Shown here piece by piece: positions 24,624 to 35,608 of a DNA stretch of 64,000 nucleotides. Below the pieces are notes generated by a model. That model worked only from the letters and a program-made list of their open reading frames with translations. It did not search any database and had not been told where the DNA came from. Location of the stretch: NCBI GenBank assembly GCA_951406725.2, contig OX597816.1, positions 75,144,001-75,208,000 of the forward strand, read 5' to 3'. This stretch comes from Octopus vulgaris (lineage: Eukaryota). Positions within the stretch are counted from its first letter, which is position 1; each line of letters begins with the position of its first letter. The translations under genes and the position numbers were made by a program.

Positions 24624-25226
24624 GTGAGTACATTTTATCATGTATACATAACCACATCTGATATTCAAAACTTAGAGACTTTTCTACTTCATAACCTACA
24701 TAGGATGGGACTCTTAATTTTGACATGTTCTCTTTAAATATTTAGCATTAGTTGCAATACTTAAGAAAAATTTACTTCATTAATTTCACCACTGTAATAG
24801 CCAATTTACATATACAAATTTGCATTTGTCTATACATACATACATCAAAGGCATTGGCTGAATGTATGAAAGTGAGTTGATTTGGTAGAGGCATATGAAA
24901 GAAAAGGATTATAGACATATTGAATGAAAAATTGCTGTGTTAGACATAGAATTGTATCTGTTGTTGGAAAAGACTGAGAATGACTTCCTTCTCCAGCCTA
25001 CATGTTTACTTCTTCTTTCTCTAGCCTACATGTTTACTTTCTGTTGGAATCTCTACACATTTGTTTGACCTGTTAAAAATAGTACACACTAACACTCCAA
25101 ACATTCTCCTTGATCCTTTTCACACTTCCAAACTCATCCTCTACCAGACCAAACTTATCTCTGCATCTATCAAATCATCCTAATGCTAGTTATTGCGACT
25201 GCTCATCACACATTTTCATACTACAC

Positions 25227-25939
25227 TAGTGGTTCTCAACCATTTTTTTTTTTTGCCTATGGACCCTTTTTGACTACTACTTGTTCTGGTGGACCTCAAT
25301 GTTTAAAAACTAGTTTTATAGATACATCATTCAGCATCTACTTTCCATGCTGGTATGGGTTAGACAGTTTGATTGGTACTGGTAAGCTGGGGAGCTGTAC
25401 CAAGTTCCAATCTGATTTGGCATGGTTTCTACAGTTTGATGCCCTTCCTAATGCCAACCACTCCAAGAGTGTAATGGTTGCTTTTTACATGCCACCAGCA
25501 TGGATGCTTTTATGTGCCACCAACATAGGTGCCAGTTATGTGACACCAGCCATGACTATAATTTCACTTGGCTTGATGAATCTTCTCAAGCACAGCATAT
25601 AGCCAAAGGTCCTGATCATGTCATCGCCTCCATGAGGTTCAATGTTTAAAGACCATGCTTCACCACCATACTTCTTTCAAAATTCCTATTTCATTTTTCA
25701 TATGTTCATTTGTATAGGTTTGTAATAGGATTTTCTGAGAAAACGTGTTTCAGTTGCCAGAAACATGTTAAAATGTGTAAAAACCTTAGAGAAAGAGACT
25801 TAGCTGTCTCTTGCAATAAATACATCCAAAACAAAATCTTTTTCTTGGATCTTTAAAATACTACTGCGAATCCTCAATTTACTATTTTGTCTGCGTAGAC
25901 CCCACAAAATTTTATATGGACCCCAGTTGAGAACCACTT
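25227..25939. mobile_element. hAT-type MITE interrupted by a SINE
   Basis: termini agtggttctcaacc / gttgagaaccact; no matching 8-bp TSD; RTE-tail SINE inside at ~25335-25660. Confidence 0.5.
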
Positions 25940-27073
25940 AAAAGCATGCCAGTGCTGCATTAACGCATCCATGCCAGTGGTGTGTAAATGCATTATGCTG
26001 ATAGCACATACAATGCACCCAGTACACTCTGCTAAGTGGTTGGTATTAGGAAAGGTATCCAACCATGAAAACTATGTCATAATAGACGGTTGGAATCTGG
26101 ACAGCTCCCAGATAGCCAGCGCCATGTCAAACTATCCAATCCATGCCAGCATGGGGAGCAGATGTCAAATGATGATGATAATGACGATGATGTATGTATG
26201 TATGTATGAGAATTTGTGTGTTACTGTCCCCCTGCTTTGACTTGATGTGATAGTTGTAAATGAATATTGCTATCACACTGTCATGCAGATGATGTCCTTT
26301 GTTTCCAATCTTCTGTGAAAATGTCTGGTCATGGAGAAATATTACCTTACTTGGAATAAGGTAAGATCGTCAGGCCATAGAAAATCTACCTCAACAAATT
26401 TTATGACTCATGCAAGCATAGAAAAGTGGATGTTAAACAACAATGATGATGATGTTTGGATCCAGATGTTAGTAGAGTCCACTGTGAAGATCATTCTATC
26501 ACTTATATTTGTCTACTGTCCGAAGTGAACAAAAACTAAATGAGCTCAGATTAGAAGTTTTGAATTGTGACAAAGCATAATTTTCATTTAACATTAATTG
26601 AAATTAAAGGTGAGTATAGAGAGTAGGATCCTTCTCAACTGCATTTATTATTATATTCTATTATTTATGTTACATTTAATTCCATTATTTATATTGGTTT
26701 CAAATTTTAGCACAAGACCAGCAGGTTTGAGAAAGGGGCTAAGTCGGTTAAATGAACCCCACTGTTCAGTTGGTATTTACTTTATTAACCCCCATAGGCA
26801 AAGTTGATTCTGGTGGAATTTGAACTCAGAACGTAAAGATAGATGAAATGTCACTAAACATTTTGCCTGATATGCTAATGATTCTCCCAGCTCACCGCCT
26901 TAATTTCATTATTCATATTGCATCTATTCTTGTAAATTTATGTATGTTTACACCAACACATACCTCAATATAAATATATATTACCCCTGTGATGAAATTG
27001 ACAAATTCTTATGACTATATTAATTACTATTTTACTAAATTGCACTAAGATTTTATTATTTTTCTTCCAATAG

Positions 27074-27113
27074 ATCACTTCTACCAGATGTCAGAATCTC
27101 ACAGTCAAATATG
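27074..27113 (+). CDS. RNF212: RNF212 exon 10
   Basis: tttcttccaatag acceptor; SLLPDVRISQSNM; ATG|GTGATT; phase 2-0. Confidence 0.65.
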
Positions 27114-28101
27114 GTGATTTTTTTCTACTTACCTCCTATTTGCAGACATGAATGTAATTATCTTTGAAAAGTTAGCCAATCATAAACTTTACAGCTCCAT
27201 ATTAACCAATCCTTACAGTTAGTTAAACGCAATCCAAAGATTATACTTTCACTAACTACTACTCAACTATAGGAATAGTCATCTCACTTCTCATGAAAGT
27301 TACTCTCAATAAACTTGCTTCTCTTATTTTGTTGAGCTCCTTGGAAAGCTAAGTTGGCTTAAGTGAAGATTTGAAAGAATTAATAGGCAGTAAGTAAACT
27401 TGGATAATACTTCAGGAATGAAAAAAAAAAGAAAATACAAAAACAAAAAGCAGTCCAATGTTTTAACTTTCAGACTTATCCTACATCCAAATTTTTTACA
27501 TTTTAATTTTTGGATGCTAAATGATGGTGGTGTTGGTTGTGGCAGTGGCAGTCGTGGGGATTTGTACAAGCTTCAGCAATTATAAAGATTATAATTTTGC
27601 AAACTTTTAACTTTATCTATAGGAATGATTGTGTGGTAAGAAGCTTGCTTCCCAACCACATGATTCCAAGTTCAGTTCCACTGTGTGACACCTCGTACAA
27701 GTGTCTTCTACCATAGCTTTGGGCTGACCAAAGCCTTGTGAGTGGATTTAGTAGAGGGAAACTAAAAAAAAAAACTGTTGTATATATATGTTTTGTTTTG
27801 TTCAGTTTGACCTCTGATCTTCAGATGTTTTATTCCTGGATGTGGCCATGATCCAAAACTATATTCATGCTAGGAACCTTTATTTTTAAACTAAAGGTAG
27901 CAATATATGTATCTTATACCTTATTGTCCAGTTACTTAGTGGATAAGCATATTACTACCTTTAGTTAGGGAATAAAGATTCCTAGTTCAAATCTTGTCTG
28001 TGACCATGTACAAATCCATGAATAATAGATGAAATCTTGTTTATAAATATTATAAATATACACTCTAAAGATGAGTTCTGCAACTGTCTTATGATTTTCA
28101 G

Positions 28102-28176
28102 GTGTTTAACACTAACAGCCTAGGAATACCAATGTCCTTCCGTACTCCACCATCTCAAAGTACATCTTCAGATATG
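28102..28176 (+). CDS. RNF212: RNF212 exon 11
   Basis: ttttcag acceptor; VFNTNSLGIPMSFRTPPSQSTSSDM; ATG|GTTAGT; phase 0-0. Confidence 0.75.
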
Positions 28177-28649
28177 GTTAGTAATGTTTTATTGATTTTG
28201 TTATAAACACATGCTTTTGTGTGTGTGTGTGTGTGGATAGAGAAAATTAACAAAGAAAGTAGAGCTATATATGGTAAATGTGTAATGGCAATAAACACTA
28301 AGAATACAAGTGAAATAGATTTTCTCTAACACCCAGGAACATCCCAGGAGTTAGTAGAATTGTTTTCCTTGCCAATGCCCTGTTACTACAGGGCAGTAAA
28401 CTCATATGATGATATGATGCACCTTCAGTGTGCTAAAGGTTCAGTCAATCTCTTAAAATCAATATCTTTCATGTTCTCATTACTACATTTCTGTTGCACA
28501 GTTTAATGACTGTTATTAGGTTTGTAGCTCATGCCTTTGAAGATGATCAGGTTATCAGCTTTATACTTTGTGAGTCTTGAGGTAGCTTATTAAGCCAAAT
28601 TTTATATGAAATCTATGGTTACAGTGGAGGAACAGAATAGGGAAGTCAA

Positions 28650-29000
28650 GAACCAGTGGGACTCTTGCTTTCTGTGCAGTCCTCCTCTCTTTAACTTCTC
28701 TGGCCATATCTGATTCTGAGTGTTTTACTCCAGAGTACACAGCACTTATGTCACAGTGAGTGATCTTGAGCAAGATGTTTACCAGTAGACTGTTCTATGT
28801 TACACTTTTTCAAGATTGTTTTGGGCATGTCTTTGTAACTCTTCTTTGGTTCACCAGACGACTGAATGTCAACTGCTAGTTCACTAAAGATCTGTTTGGG
28901 GAGTCTGGAGTTAAGATATACTACATATCTACTCCACTGCAGCTGGAATTTGCTTTTTCTCTGATATCCTAAAACCTCAGTGATTGCTTCCATTTTCCTA
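28650..29000 (-). mobile_element. RTE (BovB-like) LINE 3' fragment
   Basis: QLQWSRYVV...SRLPKQIFSELA...KKSYKD..K..LKKCNI. Confidence 0.75.
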
Positions 29001-29233
29001 CTTTTGTCCTTATATAAATGTATTTCACACAATCTATCTCTTTTTAATTCTTGGCATCCCTTATGTTACGATAACAAAAAATTCAGATAAGCAAACCTCT
29101 AACTTTTCTTCCCTCTTCCAAATATTCTCCATTCATTCAGTCATAACTAACATATTTAACAATCACTAAACACTGGAACCTGTCAAATGTCTGGTACATG
29201 AGACACTCTTCTATTTGTGTATTTCTATTTCAG

Positions 29234-29303
29234 GGAGGAAATTATTTCCCTCCAATGTCAAGTAGAGTTTCCATTCGAACACCACCATCTCAGGGCCGAA
29301 TTG
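29234..29303 (+). CDS. RNF212: RNF212 exon 12 (R.SI.TPP..GR.G motif)
   Basis: tttctatttcag acceptor; GGNYFPPMSSRVSIRTPPSQGRI resembles the vertebrate RNF212 C-terminal SPPQDGRMG motif as recalled; G|GTAAGT. Confidence 0.85.
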
Positions 29304-29411
29304 GTAAGTTACTTTCAAATTGTTTAATGAAACACAAATTCATAAAACAAAGTAGTTAGTGAAGAATATTTTATTCCATAAATGTTTGGCACATTTGTTA
29401 ATATAAACTTG

Positions 29412-30197
29412 CAAGAGAGATGACTGTGCTGGTATGGTCATGTGGTGAGAATAGATGAGGATAGCTGTGTGAAGAAGTGTCACACCCTAGCGGTTGAGGG
29501 AACCTGTGGAAGAGGTAGACCCAAGAAGACCTGGGATGAGGTGGTGAGGCATGACCTTCGAACATTAGGCCTCACCAAGGCAATGACTAGTGATTGACAC
29601 CTTTGGAAATATGCTGTACTTGAGAAGACCCGGCAAGCCAAGTAACCAGCCCACTTATGTGTACCTTTCCTTCATTGGACACTAAACTCTGCTTGTGAAG
29701 TCCTATTGAGGCAAGTGAAATCGAAATCAAATTTGATGACAGCACCGCATGATTGGCATCCGTGCCAGTGGAGCGCTAAGAGCACCATCTGAATGTGATA
29801 GTTGCCAGGGCCACTGACTGGCTCCTGTGCTCGTGGCACATAAAAAGCACCATTCGAGCATGATTGTTACCAGTGTTGCCTTACTGGCACATGAAAAACA
29901 ACATTCGAGCGAGGTCATTGCCAGTGCTGCTGGACTGGCTCCTGTGCAGGTGGCAACTAAAAAAAATACCATTTCAGCATGGCTGTTGCCAGTACCACCT
30001 GACTGGCCCTCATGCTGGTGGCACGTAAAAGCATCCACTATACTCTCTGAGTGGTTGGCGTTAGGAAGGGCATCCAGCTGTAGAAACTCTGCCAGATTAG
30101 ATAGGAGCCTGGTGCAGCCATCTGGCTCACCAGTCCTCAGTCAAACCGTCCAACACATGCCAGCATGGAAAGCGGACATTAAATGATGATGATGATG
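29412..30197 (+). mobile_element. 5'-truncated RTE LINE with complete repeat-containing 3' UTR and (GAT)n tail
   Basis: WYGHVVRIDEDSCVKKC...GRGRPKKTWDEVV, stop near 29645, then the tail found in many dispersed copies across the window. Confidence 0.85.
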
Positions 30198-30276
30198 AAA
30201 CATCTTTTTTTATAATTTTGTTTGTAGCTGCAACAGTGTTATAATGAGTCAACTGATATTTTACTATATTTTCCAG

Positions 30277-30349
30277 ATAGTCCTCATGCTGCAGTAGTGA
30301 GCATGAGTCCATCATCAGCTGTGTTGGAATTATCAAAGAAGTTTACTAG
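30277..30349 (+). CDS. RNF212: RNF212 exon 13
   Basis: ttttccag acceptor; (D)SPHAAVVSMSPSSAVLELSKKFT; AG|GTAATT; phase 1-2. Confidence 0.7.
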
Positions 30350-31924
30350 GTAATTGAATTCATCTGCTCATTTTAAACAATAATATAATACTATTAGCAC
30401 TGTTATTTCACTTACAAGAGATTCATTAGATCCACATGTATCTTATTTCCAACTACATTAAATTTTACCTGGATTTGTTTAGGGGAGGTGTGGATCTGCT
30501 GATTTTCACATTTTCTTGGTTCTTTTGGATATTTTCTTCACTTTACAATCACCACCACCACCACCATGACTAGCTGCTCTCAATATTAAAGATTTGAATT
30601 TATTCAATTTATCTGTACTCTAAGGTGACTGTATAAGCCTATGTTCAATCTTAGAGAACATTGACAATGAGAATATGAAAACTGGATTGTAGCTGGGTCT
30701 CAGAATCAATACTCCCAGCCTGCTTCCCTCCATCAGTGTCTATAATGGTCATTATCTATATTGATTTTTTTTACATCTGTCTATGACCACAAATTATTGG
30801 TGTGGGGGCAGGAGTGTAGTCAGTTGAATCAATCTCAGTTTAAAACCAACACTTATTTATTGATTCCAGAAAGCTGAAAAACATTTGCAGAATCCCAAAT
30901 TCTACAGCATTTTAAATATTAAAATAACGTCTTTTTTTTTTTTTGATCTGGTGGCAGAGCTCCAAAGTAATCAGCTTCATACCCTAAGTACATTTTTCTC
31001 TATTTTGGTCAATCTGATATTAATTTTATTATAGGCAGATATTTGGGCTAAATTAACTGAGGCAGAATTTAAAGTAGAGAACCACAGGCCCAAATTTGTC
31101 ATCAGCATCTATTAATTCTCCTTAACCTAATTTTGACTCTGCTAAATTACAGTTCCATAAAATTTGGATTCTTTTCTAAATATGATTTCACTTGTACTTT
31201 ACATACAACTTTGATAATGCAATTAGAACTCTTTTACAGTAGAGCCAGAAGATACTCAAATATTGAAAACAGATGGCTTAGCAGTTACGCATTGTGTGAG
31301 CTGATATGGTAGCCTCTATCTAGTTGTTTGATGAACTAGAAATAGTGGCTTACTCTCCTTTGAATCACTCTCTACTGTGTTTAAAAAAGGAAGGTTAAAT
31401 TAGATAATCTGGTCTTAGACTCACTATATTTTTTGGAATTCTCTCTCTTGCCATGTTTTTTTGTGCAGTAATCAACTTGCAGCTGCTTAAGAGGAACATC
31501 ACCTGTACCGATCTCACCCACCTTGGAGGACTATGGACTCCACTCCTTTCTTTGGATCAAACAGTTTAAAAAATAAATCTGGAATGAAAAGAAGATAGCC
31601 ACAATTAGAATACCTTTGATCACAGGTCTTCTAGACTAGAGCTGACTTGGGGATAAATAGCAAGAATTACATATTGTTATGCAAGGGTAATCTGTACAGA
31701 TTTAACAATTGACAATTCTTTATACTGACATGCTTTACAACTTCCTTGTTCTGAGGCCAAGGCTAACTACCTTCAAAATATTAATTGACAACGTAATCTA
31801 CAGATTCAGGTCTGAAGCAGCAGCATTCTCATTTTTACTTATGGATGAGATGTTGTAAAAAGAAAAACTCTACTAGTGCTTCTCTTTTTTTCTTTATTTC
31901 TTATACTATTACATAGTTATAAAG

Positions 31925-32280
31925 TATATTAAGATGCATCACTATATGTTTCAACATGCCTTCATAACATGTTGGATACTATGTGTTATGTTGCACTTAT
32001 TAAATACAACTTGACACATCACTACAATGTGTTATGACATACAAGTACAGTGTATTATAACATACTACTGGTGTGTTATAATATACTACTGGTGTGTTAT
32101 TACATACTACTAGAATGTGTAATGACATGTCACTATAATGTATTATTACTTGCTACTACAGTATATTCACTTATGACTTACAACTACAATGTGGTATGAT
32201 TTTCCACTAATATGTTATGACGTATCATTACAATATGGACATATACAGTTTGTTATGACATATACTATTACAATACACTA
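31925..32280. repeat. Degenerate ~21-bp minisatellite
   Basis: units such as acatactactggtgtgttat repeated with decay. Confidence 0.65.
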
Positions 32281-33085
32281 GTGAGGCCTGCATAATTTCT
32301 ACAGAATGATAAAAATTGAGAAGATTTATTTAAGATGAAAAGAATGATTTGCATTTTTAAGCATTCACAATTTTGCTTTCATTAAATGTACTTGATGTTT
32401 GTCTACATTCATTTGCTTATATCTCTTTTGGTTGTCTTTTTTCTCTTTTTATTACATCTTCTCTGATCCTTGCTCTCTATATGTGTATCCTTTCGTGGGT
32501 AGCTTGCAACTATGTTTCTTGTGAATCCATAGTTTAGGCTAAATTAGCTTTTATAAACAAATACCAATTTTTTTTAAGCAAGCAGATGATAAATGTTTGC
32601 ACTTATGTGCATACATTTAGCAATGGTCACTATAACTGCCTCCCCTGTTCATCTCTCTCTAACTACCTTTCTTAAATCTCACCACCAGAACATCACCCTC
32701 TCCTATATATTGTATCCTAAACATATCTCTTTCTCTTCACCTTTCCCTTCTGCTAACATCTTAACCACTTAATAAGTATTCTTTCCCCCACCCCACCACA
32801 CATTGTTAACACTTCTCTCCCTCTTTTTCTCTTGTTTTTTTTTTGCCTCTACCTTCAGCTGACCATGTGACCGTTTGGCCTAAGTGTATTAATATTTATC
32901 TTTTTTCTCTACTTCTTCCTTCACTCCTCCCTCCCTCTCTCTCTCTCACTCCCCCTACACCTCTCTAACTAACTAAAGCGTAACGGGTGAATGAACTAGC
33001 AGATTATTATATAGATTATGATAACGGTAATGATGGAGATACTGTTCTTCAAATGTTACAGTAAACTTAATTTTTTTACTTCCAG

Positions 33086-33089
33086 ATAA
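33086..33089 (+). CDS. RNF212: Putative RNF212 terminal exon (one coding base, then TAA), followed by an AT-rich 3' UTR
   Basis: strong ttttttttacttccag acceptor; AG|A completes Arg, then TAA; AATAAA at 33229-33234. Confidence 0.4.
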
Positions 33090-33544
33090 AAGTTCGTCCT
33101 TCTGTCAGTAAACCAGAAATACAAGTCCAAAGAATTTTATATTTCAGACAGCTTTTTCTGTGTTTCCCGGTTAAATTTTGTAATTTTTACAGTTATATTT
33201 CTTTTCTAGAGATTTATTTTTAAATCACAATAAAAATTTCAGAAAAGATTTTTGTTCTGTCACCATTCTGTTTGTTACTGTAAGGAAAATTTCAAAGCAG
33301 CTAAGGAAAAGAAAAAAAAAAAATGAATCCATATTTTAGAATGATATAAAACTTAAAGATGTCAAAACTTTAAGACTGGTTGTTGTTAATAAGACTATTA
33401 ACCTCATTTCCAGAAATGAAATATTTTTTAATGTTTACATCTGTTACACTTTGATCTCTTTTCATCATCAGTGGATGCATAGTGAAGTACTATCCATTTT
33501 TTTCCACATACTGGTTCTGCCTATTCTCCTCTACAGCGCTGAGA

Positions 33545-34090
33545 CCTGAACCAACCTCAAACAGTGCCTGAACAAGCTCGAAATGCAGTGTCTTTGTCAG
33601 ATCCTTAATGTCTGAATCTCAAACAACAACATCCAAGAATAATGCCAGCATTAGCCAACCATTGAAGACCAAGTCCAGCAGTGAAAGGCTGGTGGTTTGA
33701 CCCAAACCAACCTCAAACAGCACCTGAATAAGCTCGAAATGCGGTGTCTTTGTCAGATCCATAATATCTATGTGACTGAATTTCAAACAACAACATCCAA
33801 GAATAATGCCAGCTGTAGCCAACCATTGAAGACCAAGTCCAGCAGTGAAAGGCTACAGTGGTTTGGCCACATCTACTGGATGAGCACTGGAAGACTACCA
33901 TACCAACTTTTTGGTCGCAGCAATTCTTGCACTGGAGAATCCAGTGCAGCACATGAAAGAAAGCATTGGTAAAATAAATTGTGGAAGACCTGAAGTCACA
34001 GTGCCTTGACCATGAGAATGCCAAGGCCAGTGTCATGGATCAGAAAGTGTGGAATAACATCATCACCAGCTGGGGATTAAGAAGAAAAAG
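33545..34090 (+). mobile_element. RTE-like LINE fragment with a ~156-bp tandem duplication
   Basis: LNKLEMRCL...ERLQWFGHIYWM..GRLP; aaccaacctcaaacag at 33549 and 33705. Confidence 0.7.
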
Positions 34091-35423
34091 GTTATCTATC
34101 ATCATAAAACTAAGCAGTAAGCTGGTAGAATTGTTAATGTGCTGGACAAAATGCTTAGTAGCATTTCATCTACCTTTACACTCTGAGTTCATGTTCTGCT
34201 AAGGTCAGCTTTGCCATTCATTCTTTTGGGGTTGATAAAATAGGTATCATTTGAACATTGGAGTCGATGTAATTGACTAGCACCCTCCCCACAAAATCCC
34301 AGGCCTTGTGGAATTTCATTGTGTCGTAACATGGATAAAAGCAAACAAATAGCTTCCTTGTGCAAGTGCAAGCTAGACTCCCTAAGTGGAGAAAAACTGA
34401 TCTATTTAAGGAAATTGCTGGGTTCCATTGCAATAGGTAGAAACTCAAATCAATACAAAATATGGCCTGGATTGTGATTACCAGCATGAACGTCAAACTT
34501 CAAAAAGTAGTTAACCATTTAATGGTCTTAGTAAATTTATACTGTCCAGCATAAATAAAAGTCAACTTCATTATATTTTTTCTGTAAAAAACTATTCTGA
34601 CACTAAATGAGTCAACTTCCTGTACATCATTTTTCAACAAAAAAAATTTCTAAAAAAATTCTGCAAATGATCTATTCATGTTATTTACACATCCCCTAAA
34701 GTTAATTTTTGTTTTTGCAAAAAAAGTGCATAAATTACATGGATTTTATGGTACACACACACACACACACACATAATATATATGTGCATGTATATATATA
34801 TGTATGTATATAATATAAATAATATGCATATATGGGTACAGGATGTCACCAACTGTGTAAGCAACATGAAGTATGAAAACAGAGTTAAATATGCAAACAA
34901 TGAGAGGAAAGATACAAAACAGGACAAGTAGCATTCAACGACAAATGAGGAGTAGATAGATAGCCGACAACTGGTGAAGGGTCATTCCCTGTGTTACTTG
35001 TATATATATATATGAAGGGTCATTCCCTGTGTTACTTGTATATATATATATATATATTTTCTATATTATGATTTAATTGAACGCCACGCATCCATTTCCA
35101 AGTATATATATATATATATATATTACTCTTTTACTGTTTTACTTGTTTCAGTCATTTGAGTGTGGCCATGCTGAAGCACCACCTTTTAGTTGAAGAAAGT
35201 GATCCATAGACTTATTCTTTAAAAGCCTAGTGCTTATTCTATTGATGTCTTCTGCTGAACCGCTAAATTACGGGAATGTAAACACACCAGCACCGGTTGT
35301 CAAGTGATGGTGAGGGAGGTGGACAAACACAGACACAAATACACACATGAATATATACATATATGTATATAGAACAGGCTTATTTACATTTGACAGATAT
35401 TTGTTCTCATCTTGTTTGTTGCT

Positions 35424-35469
35424 AACACAACGTTTCAGCTGATATAACCTCCAGCCTTCATCAGGTGTC
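35424..35469 (-). ncRNA. Minimal type I hammerhead ribozyme
   Basis: minus strand GACAC-CTGATGA-A-GGCTG gaggttatat CAGCT-GAAA-CGT-T-GTGTT: intact core, stems I and II pair, loopless palindromic stem III (ACGT) as in PLE minimal hammerheads. Confidence 0.75.
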
Positions 35470-35536
35470 TTGGGAAAATTTCGAACCTGGGTTCTCATTC
35501 CTAAGGTATTATTATTATTTTTATTATTATTATTCA

Positions 35537-35608
35537 AGTCACTGCCTGGAATCGAACTCAGAATCTTGGGGTTAGTAGCCTGCACTCTTAACCACTACAC
35601 CATATACC
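35537..35608 (-). promoter_or_regulatory. tRNA-like Pol III A/B-box cassette in the PLE 3' UTR
   Basis: A box TGGTGTAGTGG (35592-35602), B box GAGTTCGATTCC (35548-35559); acceptor stem does not pair, so not a tRNA gene. Confidence 0.75.
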
